Shown here one piece after another: positions 23,901 to 37,635 of a stretch of DNA of 64,000 nucleotides. How positions within the stretch are numbered: the stretch's first letter is position 1; every line of letters starts with the position of its first letter. Below the pieces are notes generated by a model. The model saw only the letters and a program-made list of their open reading frames with translations, did no database searches and had not been told where the DNA came from. The DNA comes from Paraspadella gotoi (taxonomy: Eukaryota > Animalia > Chaetognatha): assembly GCA_051294375.1 (NCBI GenBank), contig CM119271.1, forward strand, positions 4,014,434-4,078,433, in the 5' to 3' direction. Made by a program: the position numbers and the translations under genes.

Positions 23901-24469
23901 TCCCATTGTTTTCTCAACTCATACTTCTTCCCTCCTTTCTCAGGTCATTTCCTTTCCAAACAAAGAGAGAAGTATGGAGTCTGTCGAAAAGAGAATTCAC
24001 TCTTTCCCAATTTAAATAGAAATTTCCTCTTTTTTTTTCTCTCTTCTTTGAGGATAAGTTTTCGTTTTGGTCCTTCGTGAAAAATTACAGTTGCGCTGAC
24101 AAGATCTTATGTTTGATATGACAACAATAATCTAGTCAGATATTGTTTCATTTCCTTCACAAATCTCCGATGAATAACTTTTTTAAAGGACGTAAACTTT
24201 TTATAAGAATAAATTTATGTTTCAAGTTAGTACATTTATAATTCTACTGAGTCTGAATACAAAGTTGTTATTTTTTTTAATACTCTTTTTTGAAGGTAAA
24301 AACGTCGAATTTGTAATATACATTTATGAATAAAGGTTTATATAAAATGATATTGTATGAGATAATAAATATATTTTATACGATATTTGGTACAAATAAA
24401 CTAAACATCTCATAATATTTTTTTTTCTATGAAGAAATGGAATAGGAAACGGTAGTAGGTGTTGCCGCA

Positions 24470-25050
24470 CTCAATAGGGTGAGTCAAAAATTTAGAGTGA
24501 GTACATGCTCAAACGAATATTTAGACATTTTTATGAATACTTTCAATGGACAAAAATTTTCTAATATGGCTCTAAACCCTAGTAATTAATTTTTAATATT
24601 TATTTATAGATAGGAAAGGCCAAAAATTTTTTGTGGAAGTTTTAAATTTTAAGAGCAGATTCAGATAGATCTAAAAAGTTGTCTACACAAAGTATGATTT
24701 TTTTTAAATATTTTTACGATAAGTGTGTCAAAAATAAGAAAAACTGCAAAAAATCATCATCATCGTCATCTTTTGATGATTTTATCAGTTTTTTTATATT
24801 TTCACTTAGAAAACATAAGAATTTTTAAAAGCTGTAATTATTTTCTTGTTTAAACTTTTTATGCTCTATCAGAAATCCATCAAATAAAATTTAGGATTTT
24901 AAAAAAATATTTTTTGCTCTATATAGTAATATGAAATTGGTACAACCAATATAAAAATTATCCATTCATTTAATAAATAAGCTATCTTGCCCCTGACTTT
25001 GGACAGGCTTTGGTGGTTTAAGGCCTCCATCACTCTTACAAGATAATATT
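24470..25050. repeat. Dispersed AT-rich repeat family (unclassified non-autonomous element)
   Basis: AGCAGATTCAGATAG...CACAAAGTAT block homologous to 42780-43350 and 47560-48150 (inverted) and 56700-57280; GGACAGGCTTTGG..CCATCACTCTTACAAGATAAT recurs at ~62290-62336. Confidence 0.7.
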
Positions 25051-25580
25051 TTTAATTAGGCGAGTACCCTCAGAAGAAAGCATTTTTGACAAAAAATATT
25101 TTAATACCATAATCTATGGTCATGATAGATTATTTTAACGCTGTATACATTAGCATTTAAATTTCATCGGCTATGGCTAACAGTAGATAATAATAATATA
25201 ATATATATTCAAGATTTTTTTCAAATAATAATAATATAATATAATAATATATCGCATAATAAAATTGCGTCTCGAACAAGAAGAAAAAAAAAACTGATTC
25301 GGGATTGGGTCCGTCATCAACAACAACAACAACAAACACCAACAACAACAACACCCCCCTCCGATTCGAAACAAAAGGGCGCGTGGGGCGCGGGGACCAA
25401 AGAAATATGAGGAGAGAAAAAAAATGAATGGAGTGGTGGGGTGGGGTTGGGAGCCAGCGGGGTCGATTCCATGAGGTCAAGGGTCAAGTCCGCAAGAAAA
25501 GTTTGATTAAAGGGTCGGGATTATTGAAGAACGAGGGCGGAATAGTTTATAGATGGGGGAGGGAGAAGGAGTGAAATAGA

Positions 25581-25621
<41 letters not shown>

Positions 25622-25799
25622 ACAGGGGAGGAGGTTCGTAGAGAGGAGTTAAAGCTGTGGGCGAAGGTCGATAATGTAAGTAAAGAGAGATAGATGGAGG
25701 AACAGGTAAAAAAGAGAGAGAGAGAGAGAAGTAAAGAGAGAAGTAAAGAGAGAAGAAATGAGAAAAAAAAGACCGAGAGTGCAATGAAACGCTTATTTC

Positions 25800-27241
25800 A
25801 GCTTATAAAGCCGTGCTATTCGAATTTTTTTCCCTTTTAATCTAATTTGCATATGGTAGTAATCTTGTTTAAATCTGTTGGTGGGAAAGAGGTTCGCGGG
25901 TATTCCTATAAAGTAAGTAGAGACTTTTTGAAAGCGTCGGAGTTCAACGATTGTACGAAGTTCGTTCGCCACCTACAGTGGACCTGAACGTTTTTGGCGG
26001 GAATTTATTGGTGGTCATTAGTATAAGACTTTCACGGCGGCTCTTAGTGATTTGAATGCCTATTTCATTTCGCCGAGCCGTTGCTATGCTATTTCCATGA
26101 GTGAAAAGGAAGGGAAACAAAATTACCATCATCATTCATCACCTTCCTTTCATCATTACGCATTTTCTTTGTTATTTGACAACGAAACAAAACGGGTTTT
26201 CCCCATGAAGACTTTTCTCACTCGCGAAAAAAAAAAAACTAAAGAAGATTTCGAAATAACTTAACTCGTTAGTCTCACCGAAAAAAAAAAATATCAGTCT
26301 CGCACCCCCAAAAATATCATCGGTCAAACTATCGCATCGTGAACTGCATAACTCTATCAAGAATCATTTCATTGAACGTTTACTGCGCGTAGTTCTCCTC
26401 GAGCTGCCGAAATTTATCATACAAACATTTTTTAACCTCGTTAAGATTTTACGGACTCATGAAAAGCCTCATCGGCAAACGTCATTAGCGGGTCAATGAC
26501 GAAACAATTAGCGTCCAACCGGAGTGGAAGAGATAAAACCTCATTCGGAGGCTTTTTTCATGCGGACCGCGAGTTCCTTCAATTATCTTTCCGACGCCTT
26601 TTCTTCAATCCACTCCGAAGGAAGGTCATCAGCGTGAGTCGTCGTTTTCGCCGTCGTCGTCGTCGTCGTCTTTCCTTATCGTAGTCGTCTTCGTCGTCGT
26701 CTTGGTCGGCGAAGCGGTCGTCATCGATGTCATCGTCGTCTTGTTCATTTTCATCACTGTCATCAATAATAGCTTCAGTGTCGTCGTTCTTTTCATTTCC
26801 AGCTACGTCAACGTCATCAGTGCAGTATTTGTAGTTGTCGACTTGTCGTCCTTGTTGTCTTCGTTTTTTTTCATAGATTGTCTTAATCGTCATTATCTTC
26901 TTCATCATCGTCTTCATCATCGTCATTATAGCCAGCGTATTCATCGATTTCGTCATCGTTGTCATCGTCTTTCTTATCGTCATCGTTGTCTTTATCATTA
27001 TAGTAATCGTATTCATTGTTTTCATCATCGTCTTTGTCGTCGTTGTAGTCTTCATTATAGTCGTTGTCTTCTTTTTCATTGTCGTTGTCAACTTCATCAT
27101 CATCGTCGTCGACGTCTACATCATCATCGTCGTCTTCATCATCGTCGTCGTCGTCGTCGTTGTTTTCATCATCGTCTTTGTCGTCGTCGTAGTCTTCATC
27201 ATCGTCATCGTCTTCTTCCCCATTGTCGTTGTCAACTTCAT
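25800..27241 (-). pseudogene. Candidate frameshifted intronless ORF: long Asp/Glu/Asn-rich region followed by an unknown, helical-looking domain
   Basis: (GAY)n acidic coding-like tract 27241-26640, then stitched peptides ADDLPSEWIEEKASE..LKELAVRMKKAS, NEVLSLPLRLDANCFVIDPLMTFADEAFHESVK, NEVKKCLYDKFRQLEENY, EMILDRVMQF, AFKSLRAAVKVLY. No family recognised. Confidence 0.35.
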
Positions 27242-28831
27242 AAGACACAGTTAGACAGTGATAAAAAGGTCTTGCCCACTTGATTGACTTGAAGGGACCG
27301 TGCTATAGAGCCACTCAGCCTTCCAAGGAAGATTAACCACCAATGAGTTCGGTAAATTACTATCGCCTGAGTGAACGCAAGCGGAATTCCTAGGATTTAG
27401 TCTTATTAACCTTCCCCTAGTAAAATGTGCCTAGGTCTTATGATTCGTCTGAGCTCAATAAATTTTAGTCCCAAGTCACTGGTTATTAACAGATTCATTA
27501 ATAATGAGCCACAAATATGATGGTCTTCCACACAATTACCATTTTCTCTACAATTTTTAACACACCTTTGACACAAAACCATTAGTTTTTTAACCCAAAG
27601 ATCCAATTAACCCCGCATTTTTATCCGCTACGCGTTGCTATATCACCCATTTTAGAATCGTAAAAAATTATCTTCTTTCAGCAGGACAAGGTATTAAAAT
27701 TAATCAAATTTTATAGAGATCATTTTAAAAAATTCTCTTGTATTTATCCGCCAACAGGGAATGGTTGCCGAAACTACGACCCAACACTGTTAACAAGCTA
27801 TAATACTTTGCCGTCTCTAGTTTTAAAGATTTCTCGTCCCAACCAAAAGCTCGACCGCCACCCCTTTACTTTGATTTGGTTTTGGTTTTTCCGTGTCTCT
27901 GCTTGAACAGCCGCTGAGGAACCAGCCCATGCATCGCCGCCCTGACGACGCCTCCAACGTCGAAAACTGTCTGTTGAATAGGGCGCCGGGGACTCTGTCT
28001 GGCGCTGCTTTCGTCCCGCAGCACCGACGTCATCCCGGCTTGTCGCAACTCCCGGGAGGGACGATCTTCTGAATAGACGTTGATTTTCATCTCATGTCTT
28101 TGTCGTCGTCGTAGTCGTTCATTCATCGTTCATCGTCTTCTTCCCCCATTGTCGTTGTACAACATTCATACATCATCGTCGTCGTCGTCTCACATCATCG
28201 TTCGTCTTCTTTCGCGCGGTTCGTCGTCATCTTCTTCATATCATCGTCCCGTCTTCATTCATCGTCTTCTTCGGCGTCGTTTCGTCGTCGTCTACATCAT
28301 CGTCGTCGTCTACACATCTTCGTTCGTCGTCGCAAGTCCTCGTTGTCGTCGTCGTCTCGAGGTGTGGTCGGCGTCGGAAGTTGTTTCCAGGATCTCATTC
28401 AAAGGTCTCGCGGAGGAAAAAAGTGAGGGGAGTCGAAGGCGGAAGAAGGGTTGAGGGAAATTTGGGTGAGGGTGGGGGGGAGTTTGGGGCAGGGAAGAAG
28501 TATGGGGGTGGAGATAAAGTGGCTGGTTGCAAGGGAGTGAGCGTTAGGTAAAGTTCCCGAGGATAGCTGATCATGGAAGAGAAGACAGGTGAGACGGGGG
28601 GTGTGGAGTCGCACGGGCCGTGGAAACGAGGGGGGGAGGTATTCTAGAGATGAGAGAGAGGGAAGAGAGGATGAGAGAGCAGAGATGAGTCGAGGAGCTT
28701 ACGTAAAAAAAGAAAAAGAAGCAGAAAGAGGATAAGAAGAAGCTTGGTTTTGGTGGAAGAGCGGTATGATTAGGCGGAGAGGAGAGAGATGAGAGAGAGA
28801 CGAGAGAGGATAGAGCACTGAAGAGAGAGAG

Positions 28832-28856
28832 NNNNNNNNNNNNNNNNNNNNNNNNN
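28832..28856. other. Assembly gap (25 N) flanked by a direct duplication
   Basis: 25 N; 28160-28830 is repeated at 28860-29520. Confidence 0.95.
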
Positions 28857-30688
28857 AAACATTCATCATCATCGTCGTCGTTCGTCTCACATCCATCGTC
28901 GTCTTCTTCGCGCTGTCGTCGTCATCTTCTTCATCATCATCGTCCCGTCTTCATTCATCGTCTTCTTCGGCCGTCGTTCGTCGTCTGTCTACATCATCGT
29001 CGTCGTCTACACATCATCGTTCGTCGTAGGCAGTCCTCGTTGTCGTCGTCGTCTCGAGGTGTGGCGGCGTCGAGTTGTTTCCAGGATCTCATTCAAAGGT
29101 TCTCGCGCGAGGAAAAAGTAGGGAAGTCGAAGGCGGAGAGAAGGGTGAGGGAAATTTGGCGTGAGCCGGTGGGGAGGGCAGTTTGGGGAGGGAAGAAGCT
29201 ATGGGGCGTGGGAGATAAAGTGGCTGGTTGAAGGAGGTGAGGTTATGTAAAGTTCCCGAGGATGCTGTCATGAAGCAGAAGACAGGGTTGAGACGGAGGG
29301 GTGTGGAGTCGAGGCCGTGGAAACGACGGGGGAGGTATTCTGAGAGAGAGAGAGGAAGAGCAGGATGAGAGAGCAGAGATGAGTCGAGGAGCTTCGTAAA
29401 AAAAAAGAAAAGCAGAAAAGAGGATAAGAAGAAGCTTGGTTTTGTCGGAAGAGCGTATGATTAGGCGGAGAGGTAGAGACAGAGAGAGAGACGAGAGAGA
29501 GAGCACTGAAGAGAGAGAGGAGAGAGAGAGAGAGGCAGAGTGAGAGACTCTCCTCCCACGAAAAGTGATGTTTCGACAAAACTATTTGAGAGAAGAAACT
29601 GAAAAATGAAGTGATGAATATATTTCTCCTCGCGGGTTTAGTCAGTTAGTTTTAAAATTCTTTAACTTCACTGACTATTTGCAATTCCTTGATATTTTAA
29701 ATTGAAACATTTTTAAATCGAAACATGTCCGTATTAATATGTATTGCTAATAAAAACTTTGCAGTTAGCCCGAAACAACAAAAGTATTTCTTAGTTATTC
29801 TAAATCCAAACGCAACGAAAGGAATTCTACAAGTGTGTGTTCCGGCAGTAGCCATGCCCATATTAATAAATGGGCAAAGTCATATCATATCACCGTGATC
29901 AAAGGGAAACACACATAAAAATAAGTCACTGCGGGCGCAAACACATTGGAATATACCGTTCTTGTTAAAAAAAAAAAATTAACAAAGCTAGTAATTTTTC
30001 GTTCGTCTCGCTGACATGGAAGAATGGCGATAAGCAAGGAATGAAGGAATTGCCTGTCGTTCCTATTAGAATTCTAAGATTCGATGTTTTTAAATTTTGA
30101 CGATCCAAATAATTAACAAAAACCCCAAAAAAACATTTGAACCTTTTAGAGCAACTGAACTTTTTTTTTCTTAAACTAATCAAACACTTTAGAAAAAACC
30201 CGCACACAATTTCCGAAAAAACCAACAAAAAAAAACAAACAAAAAAAACGCACAAATTCTTGAAGTGTACTTCCACACACCGTCGCGCTACGTCATCGGG
30301 TTGCTGCCCAGGAGCGAGATGAGGAGTGAAGAGGAAGCAGGACGATAGGAAAGAAGACGGATAACGCTAATCTGAGAGGCTGAGACTTTTGTACCGCGGG
30401 TTATTTCTCTCCTTCTCTCTCGAAAGAGCCCAGAGACCACGACAGTAATATACTTTTCTCTAGCCCGCCTTCTTACCAATTAGTGGAAACCCTCTTTCTT
30501 TTCAAACCAATCGCAGGAAACATTAATTCTCGTCGCAAACTAAGTCCTCTCGAAGCTTAGACTCGGGACGAACAAATAAAAAGAAAAGAAAAGAAAGAAA
30601 AAAAAGAAAAAAATCGATTCTGGTCAACGAACGAGAAACGGGAACCGAATCCTGTCTCCCTTTTTTTTGCCGACCTCGACCAGCTTTT

Positions 30689-30730
<42 letters not shown>

Positions 30731-32443
30731 CTCTCTCGCTTTCGGTAATGCCGATATGGTCTAGTCTTTGCATGAGTTCTGATTGCCCGAGCGGAGAGCC
30801 TCTCTTTCAAAGTCACTCACTCCCGGGTCAGCGCCTGAGCCACTGTTAGAGAGAGAGAGAGAGGAGAGAGAAGAGAGAGGAGACGATGAAGAGAGAGAAG
30901 AAGACGAGGAGCAGCTACTGTTATTCTCCACATGATTGACTCGTGTTCTTCTCTCCCCGCCGCCTCCCCTGTCTCTCCGCAGTGCGTCCGCCACCGCTGC
31001 CACCGCCAGCCACCGCCGCCACCTCTGCCCGCCACCGCACACGCCACCTGCTAAGCTCACCCTCTCTTCCGCTTACATTTTCGCCTCTTTCGCCGCCAAT
31101 GACTTCGTTATTCACTTTCCCTCACTCCGACACCTTTCAACTTACCTCACTAACTGCTCACTCCCGCCACCTGTAACTATCACCACGCGCTTGTCACTCC
31201 GGGCCCCACACTTCACCAACGCCTCCACAACCACCAGCGCCACCTGTCACCAACCCCAACGTCACGTCCCTACTCCTTCCGCCATCTCTCTTCTCCAGAC
31301 GTTTTCCCCTTCGCTTTATTTGTCGAGATGACAAAAGACACTTTCGTCTTTCATATTTTTCGTTTTTGCCCCTCATTTTTTTTCTCCCGTTGATTTTCAT
31401 CCTACTCTCTCTCTGTCTCTCTACTCTCTCTCTGTCTTCTCTCCTCTCGCCTCTTCATTAGGGCTTCTGCTTATTTCATTAACGCCGTTTCGAACAGATC
31501 ACTTTTTCCATCTCTTCGTCGTCGTTCGGTCGTCGTCGTCCTCCGGCGTTGCTGCGTGGTCTTTTTTGGACTAGTGTCATATGGTTCGCTCTTTATTCGT
31601 TCGTCGGTTCTTTCATTATCTCGTCGTCGTTCATCTCCCCTTAGAGAGAGAGAGACTCTCCTCCCGAAAAGTGAGTTCGACAAACTATTTGAGAGAAGAA
31701 ACTGAAAATGAAGGATGATATATTTTCCTCGACGGGTTTAGTCAGTAGTTTAAAATTCTTTAACTTACTGATATTGCAATTCTGTGATTTTTAATGAAAC
31801 ATTTTTAATCGAAACATGTCCGTATTTAATATTATTGTTAATAAAACTTTGCAGTTGCCGAAACAAACAAAAGTATTTTAGTTATTCTAAATCCAAACGC
31901 AACGAAAGGAATTCTACAATGTGTGTGTTCCGCAGTGCATGCCATAAATAAATGGGCAAAGTCATATCATATCACGTGATCAAAGGGAAACACACATAAA
32001 AATAAAGTCACTGCGGCGCAACACATTGGAATTACCGTTCTTGTTAAAAAAAAAAAATTAACAAAGCTGTAAATTTTTCGTGTCTCCTGACTGGAAGATG
32101 GAAAGCAAGGAATGAAGGAATTGCCTGTCGTTCCATTAGAATTAAGATTCGATGTTTTTAAATTTGACGTCCAATAATTAAAAAAACCCAAAAAAAACAT
32201 GAACTTTAGAGCAACGAACTTTTTTTAAACTAATCAAAACTTTAGAAAAAACCCGACCAATTTCCGAAAAACCAAAAAAAAACAAAAAAACAATTCTTAA
32301 GTATTCCACCACCGTCGCGCTCGGATCGGGTTTGTGGCCAGAGGAGGATGAGGAGGAAGAGGAAGAGGAGAAGGAGAAACGGAACGCTAATTGGCTGAGA
32401 CTTTGTCGCGGGTTTTTCTCTCTCTCTTCGAATCGCGAGGAAC

Positions 32444-32468
32444 NNNNNNNNNNNNNNNNNNNNNNNNN
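32444..32468. other. Assembly gap (25 N)
   Basis: 25 N; 31650-32440 is mirrored at 32760-33600. Confidence 0.95.
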
Positions 32469-35400
32469 ACTCTTTTCCGACATACTACCCTCCCCCTCTC
32501 TTCGACCCCCCAGGATTCTCCCTTTCCCTTCGCAACTTCGACTTAATTAACCTTTCGATTTCGAAGAGAGAGAAAAACCCACGACCTACCCTAATCCCTC
32601 TTTCCCCCCCAGATCTCCTTTCCCTCAACTTGACTTACCTCTGCGCCGTTCCTTGAGATTCGAAAGAAGAGAAAAACTCCGCGACTGTTTAACCCTCTTC
32701 GACTCTCTTCCCCCCCCCAGATCTCCCTTTTCCCTCCAACTTCGACTTTAACCTCTCCGTTCCTCGCGATTCGAAGAGAGAGAGAAAAACCAGCGACAAA
32801 GTCTCAGCCAATGTAGCGTTCCGTTTCATCCTTCTCCTCTTGCCTCTTGCCTCCTCATCCTCCTCTGGCCACAAACCCGATCCGAAGCGCGACGGTGGTG
32901 GAATACTTAAGAATTGTTTTTTTTTGTTTTTTTTTTTGGTTTTTCGGAAAATTGGTCGGGTTTTTTCTAAAGTTTTGATAGTTTAAAAAAAAAGTTAGTT
33001 GCTCTAAAGTTCAAATAAGTTTTTTTTGGGTTTTTTTAATTATTTGGACGTCAAATTTAAAACATCGAATCTTAATTCTAATAGGAACGAACAGGCAATT
33101 CCTTCATCTCCTTGCTTAATCCCATCTTCGCCAGTCAGGAGAGACACGAAAAAATTACTAGCTTTGTTAATTTTTTTTTTTTAACAAGAACGTAATTCCA
33201 ATGTGTTGCGCCGCAGTGACTATATTTTTATGTGTGTTCTTTGATCACGTGATATGAATATGACTTTGCCCATTTATTTATGGCAAAATGCTACTGCGGA
33301 ACACACACATTGTAGAATTCTTTCGTTGCGTTTGGATTTAGAATAACTAAAATACTTATTGTTGTTTCGGGCAACTGCAAAAGTTTTATTACAATAATAT
33401 AAATACGGACATGTTTCGATTTTAAAAATGTTTCATTGAAAAATCACAGAATTGCAAATATCAGTTGAAGTTAAAGAATTTTAAACTAACTGACTAAACC
33501 CGCGAGGAAAATATATCATACTCATTTTTCAGTTTCTTCTCTCAAATAGTTTGTCGAAACATCACATTTTCGGAGAGGAGAGTCTCTCACTCTCGTCCTC
33601 TCTCTCTCTCTCTCTCTCTCTTCAGTGCTCTATCCTCTCTCGTCTCTCTCTCATCTCTCTCCTCTCCGCCTAATCATACCGCTCTTCCACCAAAACCAAG
33701 CTTCTTCTTATCCTCTTTCTGCTTCTTTTTCTTTTTTTACGTAAGCTCCTCGACTCATCTCTGCTCTCTCATCCTCTCTTCCCTCTCTCTCATCTCTAGA
33801 ATACCTCCCCCCCTCGTTTCCACGGCCCGTGCGACTCCACACCCCCCGTCTCACCTGTCTTCTCTTCCATGATCAGCTATCCTCGGGAACTTTACCTAAC
33901 GCTCACTCCCTTGCAACCAGCCACTTTATCTCCACCCCCATACTTCTTCCCTGCCCCAAACTCCCCCCCACCCTCACCCAAATTTCCCTCAACCCTTCTT
34001 CCGCCTTCGACTCCCCTCACTTTTTTCCTCCGCGAGACCTTTGAATGAGATCCTGGAAACAACTTCCGACGCCGACCACACCTCGAGACGACGACGAACA
34101 ACGAGGACGACGACGACGATGATGATGTAGACGACGACGATGATGTAGACGACGACGAAACGACGCCGAAGAAGACGATGAATGAAGAACGACGATGATA
34201 TGAAGAAGATGACGACGAAGCCGAAGAAGACGAACGATGATGTAGACGACGACGACGATGATGTATGAAGTTGACAACGTACAATGGGGGAAGAAGATCG
34301 ATGACGATGAGAATGAACGACTACGACGACGACAAAGACATGAGATGAAAATCAACGTCTATTCAGAAGATCGTCCCTCCCGGGAGTTGCGACAAGCCGG
34401 GATGACGTCGGTGCTGCGGGACGAAAGCAGCGCCAGACAGAGTCCCCGGCGCCCTATTCAACAGACAGTTTTCGACGTTGGAGGCGTCGTCAGGGCGGCG
34501 ATGCATGGGCTGGTTCCTCAGCGGCTGTTCAAGCAGAGACACGGAAAAACCAAAACCAAATCAAAGTAAAGGGGTGGCGGTCGAGCTTTTGGTTGGGACG
34601 AGAAATCTTTAAAACTAGAGACGGCAAAGTATTATAGCTTGTTAACAGTGTTGGGTCGTAGTTTCGGCAACCATTCCCTGTTGGCGGATAAATACAAGAG
34701 AATTTTTTAAAATGATCTCTATAAAATTTGATTAATTTTAATACCTTGTCCTGCTGAAAGAAGATAATTTTTTACGATTCTAAAATGGGTGATATAGCAA
34801 CGCGTAGCGGATAAAAATGCGGGGTTAATTGGATCTTTGGGTTAAAAAACTAATGGTTTTGTGTCAAAGGTGTGTTAAAAATTGTAGAGAAAATGGTAAT
34901 TGTGTGGAAGACCATCATATTTGTGGCTCATTATTAATGAATCTGTTAATAACCAGTGACTTGGGACTAAAATTTATTGAGCTCAGACGAATCATAAGAC
35001 CTAGGCACATTTTACTAGGGGAAGGTTAATAAGACTAAATCCTAGGAATTCCGCTTGCGTTCACTCAGGCGATAGTAATTTACCGAACTCATTGGTGGTT
35101 AATCTTCCTTGGAAGGCTGAGTGGCTCTATAGCACGGTCCCTTCAAGTCAATCAAGTGGGCAAGACCTTTTTATCACTGTCTAACTGTGTCTTGGGAGGG
35201 GGTAGGCGAGGTAAGGTTAATGGTTCGGCCCTTGAAACTAATGGGCGAAGATCCTCTCGTGAAATGACTGTCGCCTTCCGTGAAGGAGGAGAGATAATCT
35301 TCCTTATTTGGAAGAGGGTGAGAAACGTCCATCGGGAAGGTGTGTGATTTTTTTTTCTTTTTGCAGTTTTTAATCTGGCAAAAAGATTTTAGACATAGCC

Positions 35401-35485
35401 AGTAAATTTACCTTGAAATAAACAAAACTGTTTTTTTATACATGTCAGTGAATTGTATTACGAGGGTAGTACTAGTGATTAAACT

Positions 35486-35530
35486 TTGTTTGGTGAAGGC
35501 TTCAATGAAAGCCGAAACTTGTTTGAACAA
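35486..35530 (+). ncRNA. Degenerate minimal type-I hammerhead ribozyme (Penelope-like)
   Basis: TTGTT-TGGTGA-A-GGCTT-CAATGA-AAGCC-GAAA-CTTGT-TT-GAACAA: stem I TTGTT/AACAA, stem II GGCTT/AAGCC and GAAA intact; CUGAUGA core mutated. Confidence 0.4.
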
Positions 35531-36118
35531 TAAAAATAAAATCGTTGATGTATCAAGACTTTGTCTTTAATTTCAAAGGGTAGTACTATATACAAAATAA
35601 GCTGACTGGGCTACTATATTTGTAAAAAAAAATAACTACAGATTAGTATTCACTAATATGATAGTTGGATCATAGATGGAGACGTTATTTATTGGAAAAT
35701 ATATACAGATACTGGAACCAATAATGACAGAAGCTCCCAGGATAAACATTAGGTATAAATTAATGTGTTTAGTCAAAAAACGAGTGACCCACGAGGCACA
35801 AAATCCGTTTGTCCAAACCTCAGGTGACAAGTTTGAGTCCCAAGTCAACATTTTTTTCTTATTCGTAACAGTTTACTTCTACGGTATTTTCGAAAGAGCC
35901 CAGAGACCACGACATATATCTTTTTCTCTGCCCGTTTTACAATTATGAACCCTTTCTTTCAAACCAATCGAGGAAACATTATTTTCGTCGCAACTAATCC
36001 TCTCGAAGTTAGACTCGGGACGAAAATAAAAGAAAAGAAAAGAAAAAAAAAAAGAAAAATCGATTCTGGTCAACGAACGACACGGAGAATTGTCTCCCTT
36101 TTTTGCGACCTCGACCAG

Positions 36119-36213
<95 letters not shown>

Positions 36214-37635
36214 CGGTAATGGCCGAATGGTCTAGTCGTGTGATGAGTTCTGATTGCCGAGCGGAGAGCCCTCTCTAAAGTCACTCACTCCGCGGTCAGC
36301 CGTGAGCACTGTTAGAGAGAGAGAGAGGAGAGAGGAGAAGAGAGAGAGAGAGGAAGAGAGAGAGGAGAGAGAGACGGAGAGAGAGAGGAGGAGAGAGAGA
36401 GCTACTGTTATCTTCCACATCGATTGACTCGTGTTTTGTCTCTCCCCGCCGCCTCCCCTGTCTCTCCCGCCAGTGGTAACCGCGCACCTCTGCCGCCACC
36501 GGACGCCACCTGCCTAGCTCACCCTCTCTTCCGCTGACATTTTCGCCTCTTTCGCCGCCAATGTCTGGTTTTCACCTCCCACACTCCACCACCTCTCACT
36601 ACCTCACTGCTGCTCACTCCCGCCACCTGTAACTATCACCACGGTTGTCACTCCGGCCACATTTCACCAACGCCTCCACAACCACCAGCGCCACCTGTCA
36701 CCAACCAACGTCACGCCCTCTCCTTCCGCCATCTTCTTCTCCGACGTTTTTCCCCTTCGCTATTTGTCGAGATGACAAAAGACACTTTGTCTTCATTTTC
36801 GTTTTTGCCTCATTTTTTTTCTCCCGTTATTTTTTCATCCTCTCTCTCTCTGTCTCTCTCTCTCTCTCTGTCTCTCTCTCTCGCTCTTTCATTAGCGGCT
36901 TCTGCTATTCATCAACGCCGTTTCGAACAGATTCACTTTTTCCATCTCTTCGTCGTCGTCGTCGTCGTCGTCCTCCGGCGTTGTGGTGGTCTTTTGTTGT
37001 TGACTAGTTGTCATAGGTTTTCGTCTTTATCGTCGTCGTCTTCATTATCGTCGTCGTCGTTCGCAATCTTCTTTTTCCATTTTCTTCTTCAGTTTTTTTT
37101 TAAAATCCTGTCGTTCATTTTTTATATTCTTTAAAAAAATTTTTTTTCTCTCTCTCTCTCTTTTAATGTCGTTTTGTCTTTGAGAAACTCATTAGACTCC
37201 CTTTCTTTTCATTTTCTCATTCGGTTCCAAAGGAGAGAGATCGCGCTTCGATCGATTCAATTTCGCTTAAAATCGTAAACCGGTTTTGATCAATAAGGAT
37301 TTGAACTTACGACGTTAGTACTTAAGCTTTAAATCGGTAATCGCGATTAGGCGCAATCCGGGCCTCGTAAGAAGTAATTGAAGAATGCGAAACAAGGAAA
37401 GCAGTAATCATTTTAGAAGGGTAAATGATAAAAAAATAAAATATAACAGAATACTGTAAGATAAATCATAAGAGACAAAACAAGTTTATCAATGCAAATA
37501 TAGCGAGTGATATCGCCAGCAAAATTTACATTTAGACTAACGTCAATTTAAATTTATATCGTTAATTCAAGATCAGAATTAAGATTATGCATAGTATGCA
37601 TATAAATATGCTCATATTTTTTTCAAAGTCACGAC

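Larger units (their letters stand above)
27242..35193. repeat. ~8-kb inverted duplication with near-identical outer arms
   Basis: 27242 pairs with 35193; identical ORF translations 27406-27606(-)/34829-35029(+) and 28399-28614(-)/33829-34044(+); inner blocks 29540-30380 vs 32760-33600. Confidence 0.9.
30420..37060 (+). repeat. Direct duplication of a ~1.2-kb block (30420-31630 and 35890-37060)
   Basis: Both begin CGAAA(A)GAGCCCAGAGACCACGACA and share the CCGCCACC-rich and CGCCGTTTCGAACAGAT segments, differing mostly by indels. Confidence 0.9.

Noticed and set aside
26579-27283. Poly-Arg/His/Thr/Met ORFs and an apparent NLS
   Set aside because: Alternate-frame readings of the (GAY)n tract.
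27330-27420. TQAEFLGFSL as a reverse transcriptase motif
   Set aside because: Isolated short match surrounded by stops, with no YxDD or other RT motifs nearby.
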